Assembly (NCBI GenBank): GCA_963727895.1
Contig: CAVSHT010000011.1
Span: 224,001-288,000, forward strand
DNA: 64,000 bases
Direction of reading: 5' to 3'
Origin: an uncultured Methanosarcinaceae archaeon
Lineage (GTDB): Archaea; Halobacteriota; Methanosarcinia; Methanosarcinales; Methanosarcinaceae
Part shown: positions 44,371 through 55,707 of the stretch, piece after piece
How positions within the stretch are numbered: position 1 is the first letter of the stretch
Layout of the letters: each line of letters opens with the position of its first letter
Position numbers and translations under genes: made by a program
The notes under the pieces: generated by a model
Seen by the model: the letters and a program-made list of their open reading frames with translations, nothing else
What the model was told of the DNA's origin: nothing
Database searches by the model: none

Positions 44371-44695
44371 TTTCAGATTAACTTGGTTTTTCCTATAATT
44401 TTTAAATATTTATTTGCTATAATTGAAGGTTAATCTGCCTTTTTTTTCAAGGCTCTTTACTCGTAAAGTTAAATAATATTTTCATAAATCCAGTATATAA
44501 CCTGACATTAACCTGATATCACCTGAAAAATCCTTGATTCTGAGAACTGTTACGAAAAAGTGAGGAAAAAAGTAAGGTATATATAGATGGAGAATATTCT
44601 AAAAAATGCCAGACCGAAAGAGCTTCGATCTGATAAAGGATTTTCATGAAAATTGGTCCGAATAAAAAGAAAAAGTCGGAAAAACTTTCTATATT

Positions 44696-44866
44696 TCAAT
44701 CCATTGACTCGATTTGGTGGATCAAGTCATTGGTATACTTTTCAGAGAACCCTTCATGTGGATTGCACGGAACGATCTTTACCAGCTTCCCATATCTGGA
44801 TACGTACATGTCAGGTCCATGTGAAGTTCTCACTTTTGTAAACGTGTATCCGTTCACAAGGGTCAT
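44696..44866 (-). CDS. Small hypothetical protein (56 aa)
   Basis: GGAGGT RBS before ATG 44866; MTLVNGYTFTKVRTSHG... Confidence 0.6.
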   Translation of the reverse strand: MTLVNGYTFTKVRTSHGPDMYVSRYGKLVKIVPCNPHEGFSEKYTNDLIHQIESMD

Positions 44867-45260
44867 TCTTTTAACCTCCAATAGTAATTATATAGGGCAT
44901 TCTATATTAAAATTTTTTTCCTTAATAATCATTATAGATTATAGCTTTTGGTATCGAAATAAACTTCAAACTAATTCCAATCGAGATATAATTATATAAT
45001 ATATAAAAAAGAAGTTCATAAAGATTTTTGAAAAATAAAGGTCATATTTAAAACCTGTTAACCAAAACTTGTTAATTTGGTTATTATTTAATACTTGTTT
45101 TCTGAAATATCCAGTCCTTCGATAGCAAGTTCTGTACAATAAAAACAGTTAGAGGAAAAGAATCTCACTCAGAACCAAAGACCAATGCTATAAAAATCAC
45201 TACTAAAAAAGAGTAGGGTCGGAAAAGTTATAGCCCCAAAAAATTTGGAACTAATTGGAG

Positions 45261-45719
45261 TTAACACATTTTCTCTATTACCTTAGACAATTCATCTTCA
45301 TCTCTTGCAAGGGCAACTATAGCCATCTCAATCATCAGATTAACAATCCCATTAGATAGAGATCTAAAATCAGTCCTTAGACCTACAATAGGCTTTCCTT
45401 TTGCATAAGCATAACCGATCTCCCATGCCGTTCCTGAGTCTACATCTACCCCATCAAGGACTGCAACTACAATGTCTGAGCTGTCAACTCCTTCTACACA
45501 TTTTTTGAAAATGCACTCCTGATTCTGGCTTTCACGCTCAGATGTAGTATCCTCTGCGTCTTCCTGAGGCAAAAAAACTAAAATTTTTTTTTTGACCAGC
45601 AAATCCTTAATTTTAAGGTTATATTCAAGTTCCGCATGGGTGAAAAGTGGACCTGCAAGGTAAATTTTCTTTTTTGTACTCATTTTTCTTCCTTTCACAT
45701 CAGAGTATAAATATAACAA
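45261..45719 (-). CDS. Nucleoside 2-deoxyribosyltransferase family protein
   Basis: IYLAGPLF, DSGTAWEIGYAYAKGKP, NLMI; true start may be slightly downstream (MSTKK). Confidence 0.9.
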   Translation of the reverse strand: MLYLYSDVKGRKMSTKKKIYLAGPLFTHAELEYNLKIKDLLVKKKILVFLPQEDAEDTTSERESQNQECIFKKCVEGVDSSDIVVAVLDGVDVDSGTAWEIGYAYAKGKPIVGLRTDFRSLSNGIVNLMIEMAIVALARDEDELSKVIEKMC

Positions 45720-46230
45720 ATTTTGATATAATAAGAGGGGCTAAAGGTAAAATAGTTTATCTGTGAATTTATTTTTATAGTACTCAGTGCCTTAATTTTT
45801 GGCTACGAGACATTTTAATCCTCAAAATTCTCAGTTCTGGATACACCGGAGAAAATATTATGCCTGATTTTTAAAGAAAGCGGGCTTCCACCAGTTAATT
45901 ATGGTCTTTAGCATGAGATTTAAATAAAAGATATCAATTCTAATAATCAGCAACTTTTACTTAAAGTTTGTATTTTATGGGTATTAAATCAAATATCCTA
46001 ATTTATGTATTTAAAGAGAATATTTATATAAATATTGATTTGAACGAAAATCATTCTATAGATATTGATTTTAAATAGCATTTCCATTCAAATATGAGTT
46101 TAAGATTAATAATGTAGTTATAGAAAATTTCACTGTAAGAATATATGATTTTAGAAACCAACAGCAAAAAATTTTATATTTAGTTTAATAATAAACAAAT
46201 TTAATTATATTTTATTAATATATATAGGCA

Positions 46231-47253
46231 GTGACAGTTATGATCAAGGCTGGAATTATAGGAGCTTCAGGATATACAGGAGGAGAACTCTTACGCTTGC
46301 TTGTCAATCATCCAGATGTTAAACTGGAGCTGGCAACTTCCAGAAGCCTTGCAGGAAAGCCGGTAACAAGTACACATAAGCATCTTGAAGGTTTCCTGGA
46401 TCTTAAGTATGAAAATCCTGATTCTGAAGATATCAAAGAACGCTGTGACGTAGTTTTTCTTGCAGTACCACACGGATCTGCTATGAACTATGTCCCTGAT
46501 TTGCTTGATGGCCACACCAGGATTGTCGACCTTAGCGCAGACTATAGGCTTGAAACTTCAAAATTTGAAAAAATATATGGGATAAAACACAGCGATCCAA
46601 GGAGTTCTGTTTATGGACTTGTAGAGCTTCATCCCGAAGTATCAAAGGAAAATTTCGTGGCAAACCCAGGATGCTTTCCAACAGGAGCAACTCTTGCAGC
46701 AGCTCCTCTTGCAGCAGCTGGACTTATTGACATTGCAATTTTTGATTCCAAAACAGGAATTTCGGGAGCTGGCATTGCACCTACTCAGAATTCACATTAT
46801 CCAAACCTCGCGGAAAATATAATCCCATATAAACTCACAACTCACAGGCACAGAGCTGAGATCGTCCAGGAACTGACGAGACTTGATGGAAAGATTAAGA
46901 ACATCAATTTCACTCCCCACGTAATTCCATCTATAAGGGGAATCTTTACAACGGCTCACCTCTTTACAAAAGAATCTCTTTCCACGGACGACTTAAAGGC
47001 AATTTACGAAGGATTTTACAGAGATAAGCCGTTTATCAGGTTCACTTCAGGAGTCCCTTCCCTTACTGCAGTAAGGGGCTCTAACTTTTGCGATATAAGC
47101 TTTGAAGTAGACAAAGAAACTAATAGAGTTGTAGTGCTTTCGGCAATCGATAACCTTGTCAAAGGCGCATCAGGACAGGCTGTCCAAAATATGAACCTCA
47201 TGTTTGGATTGAAAGAGACCAGTGGACTATGGATGCCTGCTGCAGCTCCGTAA
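46231..47253 (+). CDS. argC: N-acetyl-gamma-glutamyl-phosphate reductase
   Basis: GASGYTG, DLSADYRL, ANPGCF, IDNLVKGASGQAVQN. Confidence 0.97.
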   Translation: MTVMIKAGIIGASGYTGGELLRLLVNHPDVKLELATSRSLAGKPVTSTHKHLEGFLDLKYENPDSEDIKERCDVVFLAVPHGSAMNYVPDLLDGHTRIVDLSADYRLETSKFEKIYGIKHSDPRSSVYGLVELHPEVSKENFVANPGCFPTGATLAAAPLAAAGLIDIAIFDSKTGISGAGIAPTQNSHYPNLAENIIPYKLTTHRHRAEIVQELTRLDGKIKNINFTPHVIPSIRGIFTTAHLFTKESLSTDDLKAIYEGFYRDKPFIRFTSGVPSLTAVRGSNFCDISFEVDKETNRVVVLSAIDNLVKGASGQAVQNMNLMFGLKETSGLWMPAAAP

Positions 47254-47327
47254 ACAAAGTCCAAGCGAGAAAATATAACTGGTGACAGGTTAAAATAAAG
47301 AATGAAATTATCTCAAGGGGTAGTCAG

Positions 47328-47795
47328 ATGAAGGTAAAAGATGTCATGAACTCTAACGTTGTTTTCTGTAAGCCTGATGATACAGTTCGAGAAGCGGCAA
47401 AAATATTGAAGGAAAACAGTATCAGTGGAGCTCCTGTCCTTGAAGACGAAGAGCTTGTAGGAATAATAAGTGAAGCAGATCTGCTAAAACTGCTGATACT
47501 CCCTGAAAAAGGGGAACTCTGGCTTCCAAGTCCCTTTGAGGTTATAGAGGTTCCTATAAGGGAACTTCTTGGCTGGGAGGAAACAAAAAAAATGCTCTCT
47601 GATGTAGGTTCTACAACAGTAGAAGAAATCATGACAAAAGAAGTGCACACGATATCCTCAGAAGCATCCGTGGAAGAAGCTTCTGAACACATGATAAGGC
47701 ACAGGATTAACAGACTTCCTGTAACTGATGAGGACAACCATGTAGTAGGTATTGTTACTCGCGGTGATATTATAGAAGGTCTTGCAAAACTCTGA
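47328..47795 (+). CDS. CBS-domain protein
   Basis: Two CBS motifs (ISGAPV, INRLPV). Confidence 0.92.
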   Translation: MKVKDVMNSNVVFCKPDDTVREAAKILKENSISGAPVLEDEELVGIISEADLLKLLILPEKGELWLPSPFEVIEVPIRELLGWEETKKMLSDVGSTTVEEIMTKEVHTISSEASVEEASEHMIRHRINRLPVTDEDNHVVGIVTRGDIIEGLAKL

Positions 47796-47814
47796 GGGAA
47801 AAGGAGAGTCTTTC

Positions 47815-49002
47815 ATGAAAGAAATAGAAGGTGGAATCTGTGCAGTAAAGGGTGTATCTGCAAACGGGATTAAAGCTGGAAAAATGGGATTGACTGTCAT
47901 TCATGCAGAAGGACCTGCAGCAGGCGTTTTTACAAAAAATAAAGTCATTGCAGCCCCAATTACTCTTAGTAAAGAAGTAATTGAAACCCATCACCATCTT
48001 TCTGCCGTAATTGCAAATAGCGGTAATGCTAACGCCTTTACAGGTGATGACGGTTTTCTGGATGCTATGGAAATGGCAACAATGCTTTCCCAAAGACTGG
48101 ACATTAAAGCTGATACGGTTGCCGTTGCCTCTACAGGAGTAATTGGCAGAAGGCTTGATGTATCCCAGATTAGTGAACTTCTTCCTGAAGTCCTTAAAGG
48201 GTTGGGTAGTTCTCCGGAATGCAGTCAGAAAGCTGCAAAAGCGATAATGACTACTGATAAGGTCGTAAAAGAAGTAGCCATTGAGATGGATTGTGGGATC
48301 AGGATAGGTGCCATTGCTAAAGGTTCAGGGATGATCGAACCCAATATGGGAACTATGCTCTGTTTTGCATATACCGATGCAAAAGTGCCTGCTGATGTAC
48401 TGGATGCTGCCCTGAGGATAGCAATGGATAAAACCTTCAATATGGTTGTAGTGGACGGAGACACAAGTACGAATGATATGGTGCTCCTTACCTCAACCTG
48501 CAAGTCTGGAATCAAGCCCTGCATGGATTGTCTGGATGATTTTGAAGAGGGGTTGATTTATGTATTTACAGAGCTTGCAAAGAAAATGGCAAAAGACGGC
48601 GAAGGGGCTACAAAACTCATCGAAGCAAAGGTAGTGGGTGCAAAAACTCATGAGGACGCTAAACTTGCAGCAAAAGCCATTGTACGTTCCCCTTTGGTAA
48701 AATCCGCAATTTTCGGGAAAGATCCAAACTGGGGACGGGTTGTAGCTGCTGCAGGATATTCAGGTGCTGAACTTGAGCAGGAAAAGCTTTCTCTTTCATT
48801 CTCAGGAGGCGGGGAGAAAGTAGAACTTGTAACATCCGGTGAAATATCCAGTTCGTCAGATCTTGAGCTATTGAAAAAGATAATGGAAAATGAAGAAATT
48901 TTCATCACTCTTGACCTTAATCAAGGAAATGAACAGGCAACAGCCTGGGGTTGCGACCTGACTTATGATTATGTGAGAATCAACGCTGAATATACGACTT
49001 GA
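47815..49002 (+). CDS. argJ: Ornithine acetyltransferase
   Basis: NSGNANA, STGVIG, KGSGMIEPNMGTML, DGDTSTND, DGEGATK. Confidence 0.97.
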   Translation: MKEIEGGICAVKGVSANGIKAGKMGLTVIHAEGPAAGVFTKNKVIAAPITLSKEVIETHHHLSAVIANSGNANAFTGDDGFLDAMEMATMLSQRLDIKADTVAVASTGVIGRRLDVSQISELLPEVLKGLGSSPECSQKAAKAIMTTDKVVKEVAIEMDCGIRIGAIAKGSGMIEPNMGTMLCFAYTDAKVPADVLDAALRIAMDKTFNMVVVDGDTSTNDMVLLTSTCKSGIKPCMDCLDDFEEGLIYVFTELAKKMAKDGEGATKLIEAKVVGAKTHEDAKLAAKAIVRSPLVKSAIFGKDPNWGRVVAAAGYSGAELEQEKLSLSFSGGGEKVELVTSGEISSSSDLELLKKIMENEEIFITLDLNQGNEQATAWGCDLTYDYVRINAEYTT

Positions 49003-49148
49003 ATATTACGACTTAATTCAGTATTGAATATTTTGAAGGCAATCGAAAAATAAGCTATAAGTGAGTTCATTTTAGAAAAAATCAGGGTTTTCCCTGTTCC
49101 TAAAAATTATTTTTGGTCAAGATATGTATTTCCAGGGGGTTTTATTAC

Positions 49149-50621
49149 ATGGACATACAAGAATGGAACCAGCGTCACAGAGATGCTTTTTATAATGTCA
49201 AAGAAGAACTTCCTTATCTGGAAGGTATCTTTGTAGCTTATAATAGCAATATCGATGCTATCAAACACCTGACAGATAAAGACCTGTCGAAGTTAATAGG
49301 ACTTTTCAGCGAGGCTGAGATTCAGGCAAGGGTTGAAACATATCCTAGAGAGATAAATGAGCCTCTTGACTTCGTAGCTCGCCTGATAATTTCCATGCGA
49401 GAGGGAAAAGCCGCCGAAATCCCTGCTTATACTCCAACTATTCATGAATGGTTGAAAGAAAACCTTGGTTTTGACTATGCATGTATGGGAGGTCAGGCAG
49501 GAATTATTTCTAACCTTCTAGCCTCTCTTGGAGTAAATAAAGTGGTGGCTTATATTCCCTGGCTTTCTGAAGAACAGGCAGAGTATTTTGTCGCCTCTGA
49601 TAATCTTCTGCATCCAAAGGTAGAAGGAGAAAAAGTCGTTCTCAAACATCCTCAGGAAGCTTTCAAACCCGGCATAGAATCAAAAGTCAACTGGATCTTT
49701 GAATATTCAAAAGACCTGGAAATTACCTGTGGCGGAAGCAACTTCAAGGTGCCAAGAGATAACCGACTTATAATATCCTCCCGCCCAAAATGGCTCCGCC
49801 TGGATATGGACAGAGAAATCTATGAACATTTGGACTCACTTCTCCCCATTGACGGGGCAATGCTCTCTGGTTATCAGATGATAAAAGAGCAGTATGAGGA
49901 CGGATCTACCTATAAAGACTACGTTTCACATTCCATAAAAGCTATTGAGAAACTCAAGGCTTTAAATCCTGACCTACGAATCCACGTAGAGCTTACATCC
50001 ATACAGAATCGCGTAATACGAAAGGCTATATTAACAGAAATTGTTGCCAAACATGTTCATTCTCTTGGTCTTGATACTGTAGAAGTGGCAAATGCTCTGA
50101 ATGTCCTGGGACATGAAGAACTCTCTTACTCCGTAATAAAAAAAGAAGAAGACGGGATAACCTCTCTATATCATGGGGCTGTGCAACTTTTAAAGGACCT
50201 ATCCCTCGAAAGAGTACATGTTCATTCTCTTGGTTTTTATATATGTGTCCTTGCAAAAGGTCACCCTCTTACACTTAAAGAACAAAGGGATGCTCTACTA
50301 TTTTCTTCAACCCTTGCCAGTGCTAAAGCTCTTAAAGGAAATATTGAGACCCTTAAGGATGCAGAAGCAGGGCTGAAGGTTCCGGTTTCAAGTAAAGGCA
50401 TTGAAGATCTCGAGAACTTCAAACTTTACTGTACGGGGAAGAAACTCTGTACTCCTGAAGAGTTTGAATACGGATACCTCTATGGACCTGACCATGATGC
50501 AGTTTTAATCCCTTCTAAAGTGGTTGATAAACCCAAAGCAACAGTTGGAATAGGCGATGCGATCTCGGCAGGAGCTTTCATAGCCATGCTGGCAACAATG
50601 AAGAAGCAAAGGAAGGCATGA
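49149..50621 (+). CDS. pfkC: ADP-dependent phosphofructokinase/glucokinase
   Basis: AYNSNIDA, MGGQAG, TVGIGDAIS. Confidence 0.85.
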   Translation: MDIQEWNQRHRDAFYNVKEELPYLEGIFVAYNSNIDAIKHLTDKDLSKLIGLFSEAEIQARVETYPREINEPLDFVARLIISMREGKAAEIPAYTPTIHEWLKENLGFDYACMGGQAGIISNLLASLGVNKVVAYIPWLSEEQAEYFVASDNLLHPKVEGEKVVLKHPQEAFKPGIESKVNWIFEYSKDLEITCGGSNFKVPRDNRLIISSRPKWLRLDMDREIYEHLDSLLPIDGAMLSGYQMIKEQYEDGSTYKDYVSHSIKAIEKLKALNPDLRIHVELTSIQNRVIRKAILTEIVAKHVHSLGLDTVEVANALNVLGHEELSYSVIKKEEDGITSLYHGAVQLLKDLSLERVHVHSLGFYICVLAKGHPLTLKEQRDALLFSSTLASAKALKGNIETLKDAEAGLKVPVSSKGIEDLENFKLYCTGKKLCTPEEFEYGYLYGPDHDAVLIPSKVVDKPKATVGIGDAISAGAFIAMLATMKKQRKA

Positions 50622-50693
50622 AAATAAATATTCTTTGAATTCCCTCAAAGCTTCTCACTCAACCTCCTATTCCATGGATAAGGAACTGGTTAG

Positions 50694-52130
50694 ATGAATA
50701 TTCTTTGTGGATATAATGTCAATATAGATTCAGTGTATAGGATCACTGGGGCCGAGATTTCGGAACTTCTGGAAACCTTCAAAGCGGCTGAAATGCTTGA
50801 TAAAATCCAGAATCCCCCTGGAAAAATATATTCAGAGGCAGATTTTGTAGCAGGACTTGTCTATTGTATGAAAAACGGATGTGGAGCCGAGTGGCTTATT
50901 TTTAACCAGTCCGTATTCGAGTTTATTAAAAACCGTTATTTTGGAAAATCTCTCGTAAGAATGGGAGGAAATGCAGGAATAATGGCAAACACTCTCTCCC
51001 AGATAGGCGTTTCCAGAGTAATTCCAAATGTAGCAGTTTCATCCAAAACCCAGCTTTCTCTCTTTTCAAAAAAAACAATCTACTTTCCAGAAAATATGTT
51101 GCAGACAATGGAAAACACAGTGAAAGATTCTGACGAAGATATAAGTGTTTTTTCCAGCAGCCATGAACCTATACATTTTGTATTTGATTTTTCAGAAGGA
51201 GAGACATTTTCTCTCTATGGAACAGAGATAAGGGTTCCAAGGGAAAATCGCTTCATAGCGACCTGGGATCATTTAAATCTCAGGCTTTTTGTCAATCCTG
51301 CATTTGAGCATTATGCCCTTCAACATGCTTGTGAGATTGATGGTGTACTTGTATCAGGTTTTCATCTTCTACTTGAAAATTATCTAGACGGCAAAACATA
51401 TAAAACAATTCTTGAAGATACTTTCAACCAGTTAAAAAGCTGGAAAAACAGAAACGTTAAGCTTCAAATTCATATTGAATTCGGACATTTTGCAAGTAAA
51501 GAAATTGCAAATTCAGTTTTTCTTAAGTTTGTAAAGTTTTCCGATAGCCTTGGAATGAATGAAGACGAACTTGAAATGCTTTCTAATTTACACGGAATCA
51601 AGAGAGAAGGACTTCAGCATATGGAGGCAGAAGCTATATCCAATGCAGCTTTCAGGTTGGCATCAAAGTACGGTCTTAAGAAACTCCTGATCCATATCAG
51701 AGAATTCGTACTGATTGCATTTAAAACCGATTTAAAACTTAATTCCAAATCCTGTCCTGAACTCGAACATGAATCTGAAACAGAAAGAGAATTACAGAAG
51801 GCAGCCGAAGAAAAACTTGAAGCCCTGAAGTTTGGAGTCAGATGTGCAGGCGTGTATGCAGCTTCAGGCAAGCTTGAAGGGCGAGAATTCGTTGAAAAGG
51901 AAGCTTCAAAACTTCAGGAAAGCCAGTTTGGAAGAGCGCAGATTGATTCTTTCCTGAAAGCTTTTAATGGAAAAACTTTAGGGGAGGGTGCTTACGTTTT
52001 AAAGGAGAATTATATCATTTGCATCTTGCCTACAATGCTTTCCAGATCTCCAGTAACCACAGTTGGACTGGGCGATACGTTAATTGCAGGGACTTTTCTC
52101 AGGGGGCTTGAGCTGGATGTACAAGCTTAA
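50694..52130 (+). CDS. ADP-dependent glucokinase/phosphofructokinase family paralog
   Basis: GYNVNID, MGGNAG, ENRFI, TTVGLGDT. Confidence 0.85.
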   Translation: MNILCGYNVNIDSVYRITGAEISELLETFKAAEMLDKIQNPPGKIYSEADFVAGLVYCMKNGCGAEWLIFNQSVFEFIKNRYFGKSLVRMGGNAGIMANTLSQIGVSRVIPNVAVSSKTQLSLFSKKTIYFPENMLQTMENTVKDSDEDISVFSSSHEPIHFVFDFSEGETFSLYGTEIRVPRENRFIATWDHLNLRLFVNPAFEHYALQHACEIDGVLVSGFHLLLENYLDGKTYKTILEDTFNQLKSWKNRNVKLQIHIEFGHFASKEIANSVFLKFVKFSDSLGMNEDELEMLSNLHGIKREGLQHMEAEAISNAAFRLASKYGLKKLLIHIREFVLIAFKTDLKLNSKSCPELEHESETERELQKAAEEKLEALKFGVRCAGVYAASGKLEGREFVEKEASKLQESQFGRAQIDSFLKAFNGKTLGEGAYVLKENYIICILPTMLSRSPVTTVGLGDTLIAGTFLRGLELDVQA

Positions 52131-52959
52131 CCTCGAACTTTTTGATCTCAACTATACTCTTGACTGCGGACAGGTTTTTCGCTGGGTACGAGCTGGAGAA
52201 TGGTGGACAGGCGTTGTTAGAGATCAGGTTATCCGGCTTTCGCAGGATCACAGACAATTGATTGTCGATTCAAAGCTTCAGCCCGAGTTTTTTAGTCGTT
52301 ATTTTCGCTTGGATGATAACTTACTTTCAGTCTATAAAAGCATAAACAAGGATCTGCTGATCGACAGGGCAATTCACAAATATAGTGGCATGCGGCTGAT
52401 CCGACAGGATCCATGGGAATGTCTGATCTCCTATATGCTCGCAACAGCCTCAAGTATTCCCACAATCCAGAAACGAATCTATCTTCTAAGCCAGTATTTT
52501 GGTCAAGAACTTGAACCAGGATATTTCAGCTTTCCTGATCCAGAAACTCTTGCAAATGCAAGTACTTACGAACTTGAAAAATGCAAGCTGGGTTTTAGGG
52601 CTCAGAACATAAGAGCCGCAGCTGAAGACGTAGCTTCAGGTGAGCTGGACCTTGACGTTCTTTTCCGCCTTGAGTACAAGTATTCGCGAGAACGCCTTAT
52701 GAGGCTTCGCGGCATAGGGGAAAAGGTTGCCGACTGCGTACTCCTTTTCGCTTTTGGGAAAATGGAATCTTTTCCCGTAGATACCCATATAAAACAGATC
52801 ATCCAGCATTACCACATAGATGACAGTTACTTTGAAACATGCAAAAACATGAGCTGTATGGGAGACTGGGGAAAAGAATATTTCGGACAGTACTGCGGGT
52901 ATGCCCAGGAGTATCTTTATTATCAGAAACGGATGGAAGGGTTTGTAAGTCTTTATTGA
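52117..52959 (+). CDS. 8-oxoguanine DNA glycosylase (HhH-GPD, Ogg1-like)
   Basis: TLDCGQVFRW, QDPWECL, RGIGEKVADC, FPVDTH. Confidence 0.88.
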   Translation: MYKLNLELFDLNYTLDCGQVFRWVRAGEWWTGVVRDQVIRLSQDHRQLIVDSKLQPEFFSRYFRLDDNLLSVYKSINKDLLIDRAIHKYSGMRLIRQDPWECLISYMLATASSIPTIQKRIYLLSQYFGQELEPGYFSFPDPETLANASTYELEKCKLGFRAQNIRAAAEDVASGELDLDVLFRLEYKYSRERLMRLRGIGEKVADCVLLFAFGKMESFPVDTHIKQIIQHYHIDDSYFETCKNMSCMGDWGKEYFGQYCGYAQEYLYYQKRMEGFVSLY

Positions 52960-53040
52960 ACTGGAATATGATTTTTTTATACTGTAATTCTATGCCATAG
53001 GTAAGATTAAAAAGAAATAGGACTTACGCACTTGAAGTAC

Positions 53041-54029
53041 GAAAAAATGATTTTATTGACGTTAAGTTTTCTCTTGTCACTTTCCAACAGTATTCTGTTG
53101 GGTTCCTATCTGGAGTAGCTGGAGGGAAAAATATTATTTTCAACCAATGCTTATTATTTTGATAAAATTCCTTTGCCTTTGCTGATCTATGCCATGTAGC
53201 TCTGTCCAGTAAAAGAAATATCCTTGCCCCTATATCTCTTTGAAACTTGATTAATGATTTTAAGTAAGAGTCTGTATTCTGTGTAATTCCTAAATCATAC
53301 CAATAAAACTCTCCATTTTCAGTGTACAATCCTCCAATATTGATTTTTGCTTTTGAACCACTTGTAAATTTAATAGGTTTTGAGCCCTTTATTGCCCAAC
53401 ATCTTGATCTATTTGAATCCACACAAAAATTACTTTCATCATGGGTAACGAATAAATGATTAGGGTTTAGTAATCTGTTTTTTGGACTTCTCTTATGAAT
53501 TATTTTTTAAGCACCTCATTTCTTCTTTTAGATTGAGGTCGACATGTGATTTTTCTCAACCCTAAATTTTTTAAAATTTGTCTCATTCTTGATTTGGAAT
53601 AAGATACTCCAAATTTTTCCTTGACAAATTGAACTGCATCTTTTGTTTGCCAACCACGAGAATAAACATCATCTGTTGGTATAGGTTCTAAAAATGCCTC
53701 TCTTAACTCAGATAATTGTTCTGCAATTAAAAAAGACTTGATTCCTCGACCAGGTTTACATTTAAGGCTAAACAAACCGTCGGTTTCAGCTCGTTTTATC
53801 CAGCGATGAACAGTTGAACGGTGAACTGAAAAATCGTCGGCAGCTTTAGCAGGACTCAAACCATTTTTGACCAATAATAAGGCTTGAAGTTTAATCTGCT
53901 CGTTTTTGTTACAGGAATTTATGATAGCTGTAGAAATATCAAAAGTTGTAAATGTTTCCAAACTCATATATAAAATTATATACTAATTTCAGGTATAAGA
54001 ATGTTGCAGTAAATACAGAGGTGACTATA
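53041..54029 (-). mobile_element. IS630-family remnant (premature stop, 3'-truncated)
   Basis: HTH ORF 53500-53967, then THDES, LLDRATWH, PDRNPTEYCW; outer end TATAGTCACC abuts IS1 sequence. Confidence 0.85.
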
Positions 54030-54707
54030 TGTCCAGTCACAATGTCCAGTCACAAAAAAATGATATAGTTGGTGGGCGTCAACGCTATAAATGCCATGAT
54101 TGTGGATATAACTACACAGTAGAGCTAAAATCAACTGCTTTTTCCACTTCTGTAAAAAGACAGGCTTTACAACTCTATCTTGAAGGATTGGGCTTTCGCT
54201 CAATAGGACGATTTTAGGGGTGAGTCATGTTTCTGTCCAAAGATGGATAAAGAAATTTGGTCAAGAGTTAGAGGCTCTAAAAAGTGAAAATGAAATATCT
54301 ATTGTTGAAATGGATGAGATGCATACTTACATTGGTAACAAAAAAATATTGCTGGATCTGGATTGCTGTTGATAGAGTTGGGAAAAAGTTCATCAACTGC
54401 TCTTTTGGTAGCAGAGGAACGGAACCTGGAAAACTACTCTGGGAAAAATGGAAGAAAAAAGAGATTGGAGAAGTGATGACAGATCACTGGAGAGCATATG
54501 CAGAGTTTCTTCCTGAAAAGAGTCATACTCAATCAAAAGCAGAAACATTTACAGTTGAGGGATATAACAGCATATTGAGGCACTTTCTAGCGAGATTGAG
54601 AAGAAAGACAAAGTGTTATACGAAGAGTATTGAAATGCTAAAGTACTCGGTTCTTCTATTGATGAAATACAAAAATAAAGAACTGGATATATTTAGTTAA
54701 CAATGCC
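54029..54707 (+). mobile_element. IS1-family element lacking its left end
   Basis: insA/insB homology; right end ...TTAACAATGCC; retains the A7 run at the insA/insB overlap. Confidence 0.9.
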
Positions 54708-54738
54708 AATTAAAGAAATAGCTTCCTTAATTAATATC

Positions 54739-55707
54739 TCAAAAAATGTTCTTCAGAGTTTCATTCATCAAGTCGATTGCCCTGCAAGTTGCAGGCGTGC
54801 CTGCAAGTGCATTCAGCATGACGAAATCATGTATAGTTCCTAGGTATCTAACAGCTGTAACATTGACACCTGCCTGAATAAGCTTATGTGCGTAGGCTTC
54901 ACCCTCATCGCGAAGGACATCGTTCTCATCAGTAATAATAAGCGCTGATGGTTGTCCTTTAAGCTGGTCAATTGAAGCCTGTAATGGTGACGCAGTCGGT
55001 TGCTTGCGCGCTTCTTCGTCGGGCAAATAATTATTCCAGAACCATTTCATAGCTTCACGGGTGAGCCAGATTTCGGTTGCAAACTGCTTATATGAAAGCG
55101 TTTCAAAGTTTGCATCGGTAACAGGATAAAACAGCACCTGGTAGGCAATTTTTGGACCGTTTCTCTCTTTTGCTAGCAGGAGAACTGCTGCTACCATATT
55201 CCCACCTACGCTATCGCCAGCAAGAACTATTTTTGAAGGATCCAGTTTTAGATTTTTACCATTTTCTGCAATGTATTTTGTCGCTGCATATGCTTCTTCT
55301 ATTTGGGTTGGATATTTCGCATCAGGAGCTAGTGTAAAATTGACAAACACAACTGCAGCATTGGCTCCATTTGCAATTTCCCGGACTAATCGATCATGTG
55401 TATCTTTGCCCCCGAGCACCCAGCCACCTCCATGAAAATACATAATGGCTGGCAGGTTTTCTTTACTTCCTTTTGGCCTTATTATCCTGACAGAAACCTG
55501 TCCTCCAGGGCCAACTGGAAGGTTGAGGTCTTCAATATCTGCGGGTAATTTTGCTACCTCAGCTGCCTGCAAATCGGAAAGAACCTTACGGGCATTTTCT
55601 GGAGAAAGCTCGTAAATTGGAGTTCCACCCTGCTTGTTCACATTTTCTACAAATGCTCTAGTCACTGGTTCGAGTGAATCAATGTTAGTCTGATTGTTTT
55701 GGTCCAT
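54739..55707 (-). CDS. Alpha/beta hydrolase (HSL family esterase)
   Basis: HGGG, GDSVG, DVLRDEG, HDF. Confidence 0.93.
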   Translation of the reverse strand: MDQNNQTNIDSLEPVTRAFVENVNKQGGTPIYELSPENARKVLSDLQAAEVAKLPADIEDLNLPVGPGGQVSVRIIRPKGSKENLPAIMYFHGGGWVLGGKDTHDRLVREIANGANAAVVFVNFTLAPDAKYPTQIEEAYAATKYIAENGKNLKLDPSKIVLAGDSVGGNMVAAVLLLAKERNGPKIAYQVLFYPVTDANFETLSYKQFATEIWLTREAMKWFWNNYLPDEEARKQPTASPLQASIDQLKGQPSALIITDENDVLRDEGEAYAHKLIQAGVNVTAVRYLGTIHDFVMLNALAGTPATCRAIDLMNETLKNIF

